Assembly (NCBI RefSeq): GCF_001194135.2
Contig: NC_068984.1
Coordinates: 139,220,068-139,284,067 of the forward strand
Direction: 5' to 3'
DNA: 64,000 bases
DNA from: Octopus bimaculoides
Lineage: Eukaryota
The translations under genes and the position numbers were made by a program. Position 1 is the first letter of the stretch. Every line of letters begins with the position of its first letter. Below, in pieces: positions 1-13,150 of the stretch. The notes below the pieces were generated by a model. It saw only the letters and a program-made list of their open reading frames with translations. It was not told the origin of the DNA and searched no databases.

Positions 1-258
1 ATATATATATGTATGTATTTATTTAAATGTATCCAGTAAGTATAGAATAACCTGCAGAGAAAACATTTCTGAACTATTATAGAATAATTAAAGAACTGGT
101 ATAGAGTTAATTAATTACTTTTTTTTAAATATTTTTTTATTCATTTCTTAACAGAACCTTACATATTTTGATTAACTTCTCATCAGCGTTGAGACATTTG
201 CTTTGGAAATGTTTAGAAGATATTCATATTGCTCTGCGTCAAGCAAATTACAATATGC

Positions 259-315
<57 letters not shown>

Positions 316-430
316 GCGCGCACACTCACACACTGAGACAGACAGAAAGACAGACAGTCAAACAGACAGACAGGCAGACAGACAGATATAGGTCTTCTTT
401 TCTACTCTAGGCACAAGGTCCGAAATTTTT

Positions 431-700
431 TGGAACTGTAAAATTCAGTAAAACTTCCAGAAGTTTGTCATTTAAGTATATGTGAGCAGAGCATGTTTAG
501 ATATGTAAATTTATGCATGAGGACATACATAAAACAAAACTAACAAATTTGGACGTATACATACATACATACATACATACATACACTGTTTTGATGTCGA
601 AAATCCAATGAAGGATCCTTGGATCTAAGTTAGAAACTGGCCTTTTCTCTATTGGCAAGACATCTTGAAATAAAACAGAATACATACATACATGTATACA
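431..700 (+). mobile_element. RLE-type non-LTR retrotransposon 3' stub (same lineage as 23662-24310)
   Basis: GGAACTGTAAAATT...TCATTTAAGTATATG and AATCCAATGAAGGATCCTTGGATCTAAGTTAGAAACTGG match the other two copies. It ends in (TACA)n. Confidence 0.7.
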
Positions 701-755
701 TATATACATATTTTAACCTAGTGTCACTTTGATGGCATGCATTGCTCTCTCACTC

Positions 756-813
<58 letters not shown>

Positions 814-836
814 TGCATGGAATACATTTCGGATTG

Positions 837-1169
837 TTATGGAAAACCGCAAACTCCAAAATGTCCCACTATTTCCATATCTGAAATTTGATACCCATTT
901 AATATCTCCTGCCTATATCCAAACCATCTGTCATATCTTTCATGTCTTTCATTATATGCTAAAACTGTTGGGCGGGCTATTGGTAGTTCCGAGAGCAATG
1001 GTTTTGGTGGTGATGGCGGTAAAATTATTGTCTTTATGATTGAAAGCAATATTTTTTTGGCAATTATTGATATGTACGGTTCACTGGATGGGAAAAATGG
1101 AATCGCTACAATCTGGTATCGATTTAACATTGGCTTCATCGGTGAAGAACTTGCTAAGAAGTCAAGCTA
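837..1169 (-). other. Unassigned non-repetitive open frame, possible coding exon
   Basis: About 110 stop-free codons of ordinary complexity. A plus-strand frame sharing the wobble position is also open for about 90 codons. No family recognised. Confidence 0.2.
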
Positions 1170-1200
1170 ATATGAGCCAGACGATGACTGATATACTCAC

Positions 1201-1215
1201 AATCTGATTATATGC
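1201..1215 (-). other. Candidate 15-nt micro-exon
   Basis: TTTTCTGTTTATTTCCATTTTCAG|GCATATAATCAGATT|GTGAGTAT on the minus strand. Confidence 0.2.
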
Positions 1216-1744
1216 CTGAAAATGGAAATAAACAGAAAATATAAAAAAAAAGAACATCATTAACAATAACACGAAGAGTTGTAATAGTAACAGACACAGC
1301 AAAAAATGAAATCTGCAAATATAATGGCCGCCACAAAGTTGCAAACGGTAAAAAAAACAAAGCAACAGCACAAACAACAAAGACATGTAACGGCATCAAG
1401 AACTTCACCAATGACAAAGAAAAAAATATATAGTAGAACAAAATATTTGAACAACAACACAATAATAGCATTAAAAATAACAGCATAACTATAGTGGCTG
1501 CAACAAAAGTGCAGCGAATGCAAAAAGTAGCACCGATATGAGGAACAACATTAAGAGACGAAAACAAGTGAATTCTATTTCGTTCTGGCTTTAAAATGTT
1601 TACGAGGATTTGTATCGTTATTTTTTTTCGTTTATTTATTTATTTTTTTTTTTTTGTTATCTTTGGCGACTAATATGTCAGAGATGATTGATAAACTACA
1701 TAAACAGATCATAAATTATAAACAAAATAAATAAATATACAACA

Positions 1745-1864
1745 GCAACAACAACAACAACAATAATAATAATAATAATAATAATAAAAATAATAATAGT
1801 AATAATAATAATGATGATGATAATAATAATAATAATAATTATAATAATAATAATAATAATAATG

Positions 1865-1928
<64 letters not shown>

Positions 1929-1935
1929 CAACAAT
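1745..1935. repeat. (AAT)n/(AAC)n microsatellite
   Basis: Directly visible. Confidence 0.95.
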
Positions 1936-2110
1936 GATATGCAAATAGGCAGCCGCTTTTCACGGAAATGCTAGTTTCTCGACCATCTAATCTGACAACT
2001 GTCAACTATTACACCCACCGACTTAGCTAACTAAGAAACCATCAAACAAACCACTCAGACTTGGAATTGTATAAGTAGATGAATGAAATATTCGGCAATA
2101 AAGTTATCAG

Positions 2111-2487
2111 CGTGTCTGGGTGGTAAAGCATTTTCTCCCTCAACGACATGGTTCCGGGTTCAGTCCGTCTGTGTGGCAACTTTGGTAGGAACCTTTTATA
2201 ATCTCCGGCTGACCAAAGCCTTGCGAGTGGAATTGATAAACGAAAGCTGAAAGAATCCAATTGTGTGTGTGTGTGTGTGTCTGTGTCTGTCTGTCTTTGT
2301 TTTCCACCACTGCTTGAAACCGGTGGTGGTGGTGTGTCTACGTCCCCGTAACTTAGCGTTCCGGCAAGTGAGACCGATAGAATAAGTACCAGACTTGAAA
2401 AAAATTTTAGTACTGGGGTTTATTTGTTCAACTGAAATTCTTCAAGGCGTTGCCCCAGCATCGCCGCAGTCTAATAACTGAAACAAA
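2111..2487 (+). mobile_element. tRNA-derived SINE, family A
   Basis: Box A/B head (TGGTAAAG...GGTTCAGTCC), internal (TG)n, and tail CCCCAGCATCGCCGCAGTC. Confidence 0.8.
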
Positions 2488-2533
2488 CTCCGCTGCAGTT
2501 GTGTTGCTACTATTATTTCACACACACACACAC

Positions 2534-2585
<52 letters not shown>

Positions 2586-2919
2586 TATATTGGGGCTAAA
2601 CTTATGGTTTGTTACTTTGGAGTTAGTCTGGCTAGAATAAAATTTTCGACCATAAATATCAATCTTATGCAATTTGCGTGAAATTTCCACTTTCTTATTT
2701 CTCCAATAAACGTACCAACAACATCACGTTGGTAGAATTCTATTAGAGAGAGAAAACACAAGGAAGTGCCATCTTGTAGCTACATCTGGTTGGCTCTAGT
2801 TTTAATCATACCAACTCAGACATTGCCAGCTACTAGCTTCTCGTAGGTCAATCCCTGGTCATTTGTGAGAATAGACACTGAGATCTGTGGAAGGGAGATG
2901 CTACACGTGGTCAAGTGAT

Positions 2920-3900
2920 AAAAATATTTTCGGCAGTTTGCAAAATTTCGTTCTGGTAACTTTGACCTCACACATGAGCAACGTAGTCAACCTGAAACAA
3001 ATGTGGATAATGACCAACGGAAAGCCACCGTCGAGTCAGATCCATCTCAAAGTGCCCGTGAATTATCGTTGTTGTTTGGTGTTAGCAAGCAAATAATATT
3101 GACTCACTTAGTTCAAATCGGTAAAATGAAAACGTTGATTAAGTGAGTTCCACATGAACTCAGTGCAAATCAGAAATAACAACGTTTGGAAGCCTGCATT
3201 ATGCAACTTTCTCGTCACAAAAATGAATCATGTTTTACTCCAATTGTAACATGTGATGAGAAATAGATCTAATACAACAACCGTAAACGTTCAGCAGAAT
3301 GGTTGAACAAAGACGAGCCACCAAAACAGTCCAAAAAGCAAAATTCACCGAAAGAAGCTGATGGTGTGTGTTTGGTAGTCTGGCGCAGGTGCGATTCATT
3401 ATGATTTCATTAAACCTGGCTCATCAATCACGGCTGAAGTATACTGCAGCAAAATAGAGCAAATGATGCAGAAACGTACAAAGAAAACAGCCTAGATTAG
3501 TCAACAGATCCACTCATGTTTTTATTGCAAGACAACGCCAGACCACACGTCGCAAAAATAACATTGGCGAAACTACAGGAGTTGGAGTCGGAAGTTCTCC
3601 ATCATTCACCATACTCACCTGATCTTGCCCCCACTGGCTACCACTTCTTCCAGAATTTGGATAACTTTTGATAGGAAAAAAATTAATTCCACGATGCTGT
3701 AAAACAGGCCTTCCAAGATTTTACTGACTCTAGATTGCCAGGCTTTTATAATTCCGGGCTGGACAAGCTACCGCTGAAATGGCAAAAGTGTATTGACAAT
3801 ATGGGTGCATACTTTGATGATTAAAACTATCCCTTGTATTTATAAAACATTAGCAAACTTTTTTTTTTCTTTTCTACAAATTTCGTACATGACGACCTAA
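2920..3900 (+). mobile_element. Decayed mariner transposon (DD34D transposase pseudogene, 5'-truncated, 3' TIR present)
   Basis: FAKFRSGNFDL, K*VPHELS, IVTCDEK, LQDNARPHVAK, HSPYSPDLAP and KWQKCID..GAYFD motifs with stops and frameshifts. It ends ...GTACATGACGACCTAA followed by TA. Confidence 0.9.
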
Positions 3901-4195
3901 TACATCATCTCAGGCCACGCCCGTTGATTATGTTTTTGCAAATCTCATCCTGATTTTCTAAGTGGCTTGTACGTAAAGTTTTGTACTGCCTGTTTATACG
4001 CCTCCAAGAAGACAAATTTGTATACTTTCAACCTTCAATTTTTGTAATAGACTCAATCTCGTATTAATCTTTTTCGTCAATTTATAGGTGCTTATTTCTG
4101 CGTAAATACATACACTCTTAGAAGTAGGGCGGAAAAGAAAGAAATAGAGATAGATCGAGAGTGAGAGAGAGAGAGAATTAGAGAAAGAGAGACAG

Positions 4196-4196
<1 letters not shown>

Positions 4197-4258
<62 letters not shown>
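4197..4258. repeat. (GA)n microsatellite
   Basis: Directly visible. Confidence 0.95.
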
Positions 4259-4260
<2 letters not shown>

Positions 4261-5290
4261 CAAAGAGAGGCAGAGAGAGGCAGACATCTATACTAGTATA
4301 TGCATGTCAGTGCTTGTCTTGTCGATGTTTAACGTTTCTAAATATTTATGAGTCACTGAGCAGTACCATGTTTCGTAATGTACTTGAATTTCTTGTAAAG
4401 TAAGTGTTCTGCGTATTCTGAAATGTCGTCTGGAATACTACAAGTGGTATAGCAACCATTTCTGTTCACCTAACTACATGACTTATTATCTATTAAATTA
4501 AATGTGCTGCAGTTCGTAAGGAAACGGTTTGAAATGGTATTCATTTTGCAAGTTTTATTTGATTCCTATCGTATTACTATGTAACTGTATGAAAAAGCTG
4601 AAACAATAAATGTGATCAGGTCTTTTATTATATTGTTCGTATTAGGTTCAATTTTGAATCTCAGGATTCTTAAGAATTCTATTCATTGCTCCTTTATCGT
4701 AGACTATCAAGTCATTTTTGCTACCATTGATTTATTTGCAAATACATGCAGTTGTCAAAAGTGTGTAGATTCGCTTTCTCTATTCGATGCTTTCGTTGAG
4801 ACTCATTGCTGACTGCTTCTCCAACGACTTCAATTGATTTAGTCATATTAATCGATATCAAACTGTAGAGAAGTAACAAAGTTCTAATTTCAGATAAGTT
4901 CCAGGAATAAAACATGGCTAGCTTTATTGTCCCTTTTTGCATTGTACATAATTAGGTTTATATTTGGCCCTTTATTAACTATTTATCGCAGAGGTCAGTT
5001 ACTGAAACTTATAACTTGCTGACAAACAAACTGACATTTTCATCAGCTCATGTCATCTTTCATGTAATAATATTGAAATAAGAATATCCATTCAGTAATA
5101 ATTGTAAATGACTCGACAGGTAACGAGCTACGACTTATGGTAACGGGAGAGCTTGGAAATGAGATCTATGATGATGAGAAGCATAAAGGAGATGAAGGGG
5201 ACGCTGGTAATGGATAGCGGTGACATCGTTGAAATAACTAGAGGACATATCAAAATGAATGATAAAGAGTCGATAATAATAATGATGATG

Positions 5291-5357
<67 letters not shown>

Positions 5358-5517
5358 TAATAATAATGATAAAGAGTCGATAATAATAATAAAGAGTCGA
5401 TAATAATAAATTTCCTAAGAATTATAAAAGGAACCAGTGAAATAGTACAGGGTACACGACATTATAGAAAGAGATTAATAAAAGAGAAAAATATTACTAG
5501 CATATACAAACATAGTT

Positions 5518-5677
5518 GCAGGCGTAGCTGTGTGGTATGAGGTCTGCCTTCCAATCCCATGGTTCCAAATACAATGCCAATGGATGGTACCTTGGGTAAG
5601 TGCATTCATCTTATAGCTTTGGGCCGACCGAAGCCTTGTGAAGGGACTCGGTAGACAGAAACGGAAAGAAGCCCATC

Positions 5678-5749
<72 letters not shown>

Positions 5750-6076
5750 ACACACACACACACACGTGTGTGTGTGTATTTTTGTGCTTACGTTTCTCCC
5801 CCACCACACCTTGACAACCAATGTTGGTGTGTATGCGTCCCCATAGCTCTAGTAGTTCGGCAAATGAAGACGATGGAATAAGTTCCAGACTTAAAAAACA
5901 GCTTGGAGGGCGATTAGTTCGATTAAGAAATTCTACAAGAAACACAGATGATTGCAGCAATGTCAAACTCCTTCATCACCCAATATCACGCATCAGAGGA
6001 GGTTTAGTGAAACTGAAGCAAAGTAAATGGCAGTGCCCCAGCATGGCCGCAGTCCTTCAACTGGAACTAAGACAAA
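5518..6076 (+). mobile_element. SINE family A with expanded internal microsatellite
   Basis: Head GCTGTGTGGTA, then (TA)n(TATG)n(CA)n after GCCCATCG, then tail CCCCAGCATGGCCGCAGTC. Confidence 0.8.
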
Positions 6077-6319
6077 AAATATATATGTATGTCACAAACG
6101 ACGGAGTATTATCATATTACTTGAAACCACATATTGGGACATAAGTATATATAAAATTATACTAATGGAGTCGCTTGAAACGATCGTACTGCTTTACCTT
6201 TGGGTATCCTGTTGACTATTTTGATTTTAATCACCTTACTTTGAAACTGTATGGATAATACCATACTTAATTCTGGTGCCTCAACTTAAGTACCTAATTC
6301 ATCTGAATCTAAATTTTTG

Positions 6320-6350
<31 letters not shown>

Positions 6351-7037
6351 NNNNNNNNNNNNNNNNNNNNNNNNNNNNNNNNNNNNNNNNNNNNNNNNNN
6401 NNNNNNNNNNNNNNNNNNNNNNNNNNNNNNNNNNNNNNNNNNNNNNNNNNNNNNNNNNNNNNNNNNNNNNNNNNNNNNNNNNNNNNNNNNNNNNNNNNNN
6501 NNNNNNNNNNNNNNNNNNNNNNNNNNNNNNNNNNNNNNNNNNNNNNNNNNNNNNNNNNNNNNNNNNNNNNNNNNNNNNNNNNNNNNNNNNNNNNNNNNNN
6601 NNNNNNNNNNNNNNNNNNNNNNNNNNNNNNNNNNNNNNNNNNNNNNNNNNNNNNNNNNNNNNNNNNNNNNNNNNNNNNNNNNNNNNNNNNNNNNNNNNNN
6701 NNNNNNNNNNNNNNNNNNNNNNNNNNNNNNNNNNNNNNNNNNNNNNNNNNNNNNNNNNNNNNNNNNNNNNNNNNNNNNNNNNNNNNNNNNNNNNNNNNNN
6801 NNNNNNNNNNNNNNNNNNNNNNNNNNNNNNNNNNNNNNNNNNNNNNNNNNNNNNNNNNNNNNNNNNNNNNNNNNNNNNNNNNNNNNNNNNNNNNNNNNNN
6901 NNNNNNNNNNNNNNNNNNNNNNNNNNNNNNNNNNNNNNNNNNNNNNNNNNNNNNNNNNNNNNNNNNNNNNNNNNNNNNNNNNNNNNNNNNNNNNNNNNNN
7001 NNNNNNNNNNNNNNNNNNNNNNNNNNNNNNNNNNNNN

Positions 7038-7094
<57 letters not shown>

Positions 7095-7798
7095 GCCTAT
7101 ATATATATATATGTATATATATGTATATATATACGTATATATATATATATAAGTATGAGTCTACACCATCAATCAAGTAAATCAAACGAAATAATGCCAT
7201 GGTGAGACTAATGACACAGGAACACAACATAATCTTCACAACACCTATCGTCGCTATAATAGGAATATATTATTCATTCTATTTTATTAATATAGCTATC
7301 ATTTCTGACACCAGCATAGTAGAAAAACCAATAAAATCCATTGGTAAAATTTGAGTACCTTTAGCGGAGGCAATCGATTATATTATGATGTACCATCTCA
7401 TTAATAATAAAATTAATAAAATAAAACTGCGGTGTATATTGCTCATTAAACCATGCAAGAATTGCTATTGACAGTGTATCTATATATATATATGAGTTAT
7501 CAGGCATTTTTTGTATAAACTTTTGAAGATATATCATTAAGGTGTTATAATATAATCTAATCTATATCATTATTCGTTGTTGAATTTTCAGGATTGGCCA
7601 GGAGCAATATTGATGAAATTAAAAATATTTAAACTTTTCTGTTCTTTGTTTTCAGTAGACGGTAGGTGCAGCAGCTTTTAAAGTTTGGGATTTCATAAAC
7701 ATTTCTCGCTTCTTCACACTCTCTCCGCTCTGCCTCTCTTTATACATACACCCGCACCTATATATTTATATTACAATGAAAATAATTATCGTAAAAAT

Positions 7799-7801
<3 letters not shown>

Positions 7802-7884
<83 letters not shown>
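7802..7884. repeat. (CA)n microsatellite
   Basis: Directly visible. Confidence 0.95.
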
Positions 7885-7888
<4 letters not shown>

Positions 7889-8335
7889 TTAAATATAAAC
7901 CAAAAGTAATTATCGTGAAAATGTAGATTGTAATGTGCCAGGATTCATTAGAATCACCGATGCATTACATTAATGCATGCTCTGATTCATAACGCTGTCC
8001 TAATTATGGAAGACAAACTAGGAATTCATGCTTATCTTGTTTATACAACGTGTTACTTTGTGTGGCCCACTGAACTAAAAGATATGGAAGTCAGATTGAT
8101 TTAAATAGATTCGCGTGATACATCGATTTCACTTTGCAAAGGTATTGATTTTTGTGCTTTATAGAGTTTTGTCAATGTTTTTGATTTTGAAAATGATTAA
8201 GATTCGCCATACGTAGATACATACCGCACCCCGTTAAGGATAATTCTATGTTTTATGCGAAGTATTAACTCTGCAAACTGTAAATCGCCTGCTTCGCATA
8301 CGTTTATATGGGATGTATGTATGCACACCTACACA

Positions 8336-8566
8336 CGAGCTGGCAGAAACGTTAGCACGCCGGGCGAAATGCTAAGCGGTATTTCGTCTGCAGTTGCGTT
8401 CCGAGTTCAAATTCCAACGAGGTTGACTTTGCCTTTCATCCTCTCGGGGTCGATAAATTAAGTACCAGTTACGCACTGGAGGTCGATGTAATCGACTTAA
8501 TCCCTTTGTTTGTTCTTGTTTGTCCCCTCTATGATTAGCCGCTTTTGAGCAATAAAGAAATAAGAA
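8336..8566 (+). mobile_element. tRNA-derived SINE, family B
   Basis: GAGCTGGCAGAAACGTTAGCACGCCGGGCGAAATGC...GAGTTCAAATTCC...TAAAGAAATAAG. Confidence 0.9.
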
Positions 8567-9204
8567 ATCAAACGTAGATAGCGTTGTATTTGTTCAATAT
8601 TTTATGGCCACCCATTATGCGTGTGCTTAAATAAGATATGAAAAAAAATAAAAGAAGCTGCATGTATTTGCGATAGATGTGTGAATGTAATGAGTCCAGG
8701 GATGGAATTTGCAATGATGTCACAATGGGAACATTGACGATTTTAATTTTGATTTTACCTGAGAATAGACACATGTGGCTGTTGATTGCTGGATATGATA
8801 CTTTTATTGTTCTGTTTCATCAACTGGAATTGTTTTGATGCATCATGACACATTTTACAGCATGCAGATCGATCTAGGTAATTTATTCCGCAGCTATATG
8901 CAAAATAATTAACAATTTCCTTGTTCAGTCGTTTTCTTCGATGTAAATATTACGTCAAACCGTTCAATTAGCAACGGAAACTTTGATAGTCTCGGCAAGG
9001 TATTTTGATGTATGTCACTTATTTTTATATGTAAGGATTTCTTTTTTATCTTTTAGACAAGAGTTAATAAAAGTACGCCGGCCTTTATAGGGATTCCAAG
9101 ATTGGCCAAAGGAAAAGACAGACCAGTCCTCAGATAAGAGGGTCCATTTGTTCGACTAAAGGCGTCGCTCCAGCATGGCAGCAGTGAAATGACTGAACCA
9201 GATA

Positions 9205-9372
9205 AGGCGGCGAACTGGCAGAAACATTAGCATGCCTTTGCCTTTCATCCTTTCGGGGTCGATAAATTAAGTACCAGTTACGCACTGGGGTCGATGTAAT
9301 CGACTTAATCCCTTTGTCTGTCCTTGTTTGTCCCCTCTATGTTTAGCCCCTTGTGGGCAATAAAGAAATATG
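9205..9372 (+). mobile_element. SINE family B with an internal deletion
   Basis: Head joined directly to CTTTGCCTTTCATCC; tail intact. Confidence 0.8.
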
Positions 9373-12300
9373 AAACAAATAAAAGAATAAAAGAAGAAAG
9401 GAATGTATATTTATATGTATATGTGTATGCATGTATGTATCTATCTATGCGTGCGAGTGTGCGCGTGTGTGCGCGTATGTGCGCGTGTGTGTGCGTGTGT
9501 GTGTGTGGCGTGTTTCTGCAAGTGAGTATAGATCCGTTATGTTTTCTACACCTACTTATGGGAATATATGTGCCTCTGTATATACATACTTTAGTTATGT
9601 AACTACATATCGATTGGAGCCATATATCCACAGGAGGAATCCTGCTGCGATATTAGTCGACTTATGTGGGTAGGTGCCCTCATGCGTTTAATGTGATAAG
9701 CCGGAGTAAAGTTACTTGTAAGAAAAAATCTTCGCAAATAACTGCAGAAATTGTAAGCAGCTTATGCAATCTCAATAAGAAATATATCATATATGCACCA
9801 GAAGGTATCTGCTTCTTTTTATAGTGAGTAATTACAGATTTAATAAAGAGTATAATTGAAATTAAAATGGCTGTATGGGAAAGGAGAAGTTATCAGGTTG
9901 GTGCTATACGAATATCAAAGATGAGAGTTAAATATTCAGTTTATAGCATATGGCTTAATGCTGCGTATACCGTATGTTAAATACTGCCAGCATTAAATGC
10001 ATTCCTCTATCTTGTAATTGTAAATACAAGATTGTAAATGTAAGTAAATATTGTCTAGTATAAGCATATGCTCACACACTCGCAAACACACAGATCTGTA
10101 TGTCAAGTTGACTTTTGTTTTGACATATACTTCTCTCTGATTTTCCGAATTGCTTCTCTACACGTATACACATAATGATGCACGCTAACGCCTTCATGAA
10201 CGCTGCAACCATATATATATATATATATATATATATANNNNNNNNNNNNNNNNNNNNNNNNNNNNNNNNNNNNNNNNNNNNNNNNNNNNNNNNNNNNNNN
10301 NNNNNNNNNNNNNNNNNNNNNNNNNNNNNNNNNNNNNNNNNNNNNNNNNNNNNNNNNNNNNNNNNNNNNNNNNNNNNNNNNNNNNNNNNNNNNNNNNNNN
10401 NNNNNNNNNNNNNNNNNNNNNNNNNNNNNNNNNNNNNNNNNNNNNNNNNNNNNNNNNNNNNNNNNNNNNNNNNNNNNNNNNNNNNNNNNNNNNNNNNNNN
10501 NNNNNNNNNNNNNNNNNNNNNNNNNNNNNNNNNNNNNNNNNNNNNNNNNNNNNNNNNNNNNNNNNNNNNNNNNNNNNNNNNNNNNNNNNNNNNNNNNNNN
10601 NNNNNNNNNNNNNNNNNNNNNNNNNNNNNNNNNNNNNNNNNNNNNNNNNNNNNNNNNNNNNNNNNNNNNNNNNNNNNNNNNNNNNNNNNNNNNNNNNNNN
10701 NNNNNNNNNNNNNNNNNNNNNNNNNNNNNNNNNNNNNNNNNNNNNNNNNNNNNNNNNNNNNNNNNNNNNNNNNNNNNNNNNNNNNNNNNNNNNNNNNNNN
10801 NNNNNNNNNNNNNNNNNNNNNNNNNNNNNNNNNNNNNNNNNNNNNNNNNNNNNNNNNNNNNNNNNNNNNNNNNNNNNNNNNNNNNNNNNNNNNNNNNNNN
10901 NNNNNNNNNNNNNNNNNNNNNNNNNNNNNNNNNNNNNNNNNNNNNNNNNNNNNNNNNNNNNNNNNNNNNNNNNNNNNNNNNNNNNNNNNNNNNNNNNNNN
11001 NNNNNNNNNNNNNNNNNNNTATATATATGCATGTATATATGAATGTATGTATGTATTTATGTATCTATGTAAGAATGTATTCATGCATGCCTGCATGTAT
11101 GTATGCATGTATGCGTGTATTATTAAGTAAATAAATAAATGTTTGTATAACAGACAATTTTTGAAAAAATAACCAGGTCTGATGGAAGTTATGTTAGTCT
11201 ATTTGTCTAAAATGTATTTGTATAAAATATAAGAAGATTTTTTTTTCTCATATAAATGTCTGCATTCTTATGTGTTTGTTTCTAATGCAACTATACTTAT
11301 GTACAAGACAAAAAGGAAAAAAGAAAAAAAACAGCTAAGCATTACTTGAAGAAGCGCTTCATAGCTCAGAGTAGAATATCATTTTAAAAATTTAGGTTGA
11401 GTGAGAACAGAGTGATAGTCTCTTGTTACCTCAAAGGTTTGGTTTAATGGCGCTCGACAGACAATCTGACGAATTTATTAATATATTTTTACAGGAAGAA
11501 ATGGAAAAAAAAGACATTAAAAGTATAAAAGATCAAATTACCAAGAAAAAAATTCATAACTACCTCACCAAGGAAAGAAAGAAAGAAAAGAGGCAATAAA
11601 GCAACAGATGATGGAGGCGGAGGAAGGTAACGGGTTGGACACCCCAGACGTGTTCAGCCGCGCCTCACAGATATCATTCCACAAGACTGTACACCCCAGA
11701 CCAAAACGCGTTTTCAGCCGCGCCTCGCGGCCTCGGTTGTCAAGCGATGTTNNNNNNNNNNNNNNNNNNNNNNNNNNNNNNNNNNNNNNNNNNNNNNNNN
11801 NNNNNNNNNNNNNNNNNNNNNNNNNNNNNNNNNNNNNNNNNNNNNNNNNNNNNNNNNNNNNNNNNNNNNNNNNNNNNNNNNNNNNNNNNNNNNNNNNNNN
11901 NNNNNNNNNNNNNNNNNNNNNNNNNNNNNNNNNNNNNNNNNNNNNNNNNNNNNNNNNNNNNNNNNNNNNNNNNNNNNNNNNNNNNNNNNNNNNNNNNNNN
12001 NNNNNNNNNNNNNNNNNNNNNNNNNNNNNNNNNNNNNNNNNNNNNNNNNNNNNNNNNNNNNNNNNNNNNNNNNNNNNNNNNNNNNNNNNNNNNNNNNNNN
12101 NNNNNNNNNNNNNNNNNNNNNNNNNNNNNNNNNNNNNNNNNNNNNNNNNNNNNNNNNNNNNNNNNNNNNNNNNNNNNNNNNNNNNNNNNNNNNNNNNNNN
12201 NNNNNNNNNNNNNNNNNNNNNNNNNNNNNNNNNNNNNNNNNNNNNNNNNNNNNNNNNNNNNNNNNNNNNNNNNNNNNNNNNNNNNNNNNNNNNNNNNNNN

Positions 12301-12654
12301 NNNNNNNNNNNNNNNNNNNNNNNNNNNNNNNNNNNNNNNNNNNNNNNNNNNNNNNNNNNNNNNNNNNNNNNNNNNNNNNNNNNNNNNNNNNNNNNNNNNN
12401 NNNNNNNNNNNNNNNNNNNNNNNNNNNNNNNNNNNNNNNNNNNNNNNNNNNNNNAACTCCATCAACTTCGGTATATATATATATGTTATCTACTTTACCT
12501 AGTCTCCTTCTGTTTGTATTTCAAGCTTTCATCTTTTGAAGTAGGGTCTTGCTGTTCCGCCATCTCATTACATCTATTCCTTCTTTTGTCATATTATCTT
12601 TTGTAGCATCATTAACAATACCATCAGCGTCGTCAACGCTCATTTCTATTTCAA

Positions 12655-12760
12655 TTTCGTTATCATCATCATCATCATGGTCGTCGTCGTCGTCATCACC
12701 ATCATCATCATCATCCTCATCATCATCACCGTTGTCGTCGTCATCTTCGTAGTCACCGTT
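12655..12760. repeat. Degenerate (CAT/CGT)n triplet tract
   Basis: Directly visible; it produces the poly-Asp ORF. Confidence 0.85.
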
Positions 12761-13117
12761 TTCGCTGTCGAACATCAAAAGCATCGCCAAGCAAACTGAA
12801 GTTTCTAATCATAAGTACGAACATACCATAGTTTCTATAACAACACTGTTTTCACTGCCACGACTATCACGTTACTGGTGATGCTATTGTTGCTGCTGTT
12901 GTTGCTGCTGCAGCAGCTACTGCAGGTGATGATGATGAGGATGTTGATCAACCTTCTTTTGCTTTCCTTTTATCCTAATGATGAGAAGAAAGTTTTTCTT
13001 TTTTGTAAAGTGACAATTTTTCAGTATATATTCCTATCTTATTGTGGATAGAACACAAAACACAACCGCCTACACATGCACACACACACCTACAAAAAGG
13101 CAGATACATATAGTATG

Positions 13118-13150
<33 letters not shown>

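Noticed and set aside
716-766. Short segment before (AAT)n resembling a retrotransposon 3' UTR
   Set aside because: It is too short and has no coding remnant to assign.
11495-11600. Acceptor-like TTTTTACAG followed by a Lys/Glu-rich frame
   Set aside because: It is A-rich low-complexity sequence that ends in a stop, with no recognisable protein.
12521-12790. Acidic poly-Asp ORF on the minus strand
   Set aside because: It is explained by a degenerate (GAT)n tract; there is no domain or splice support.
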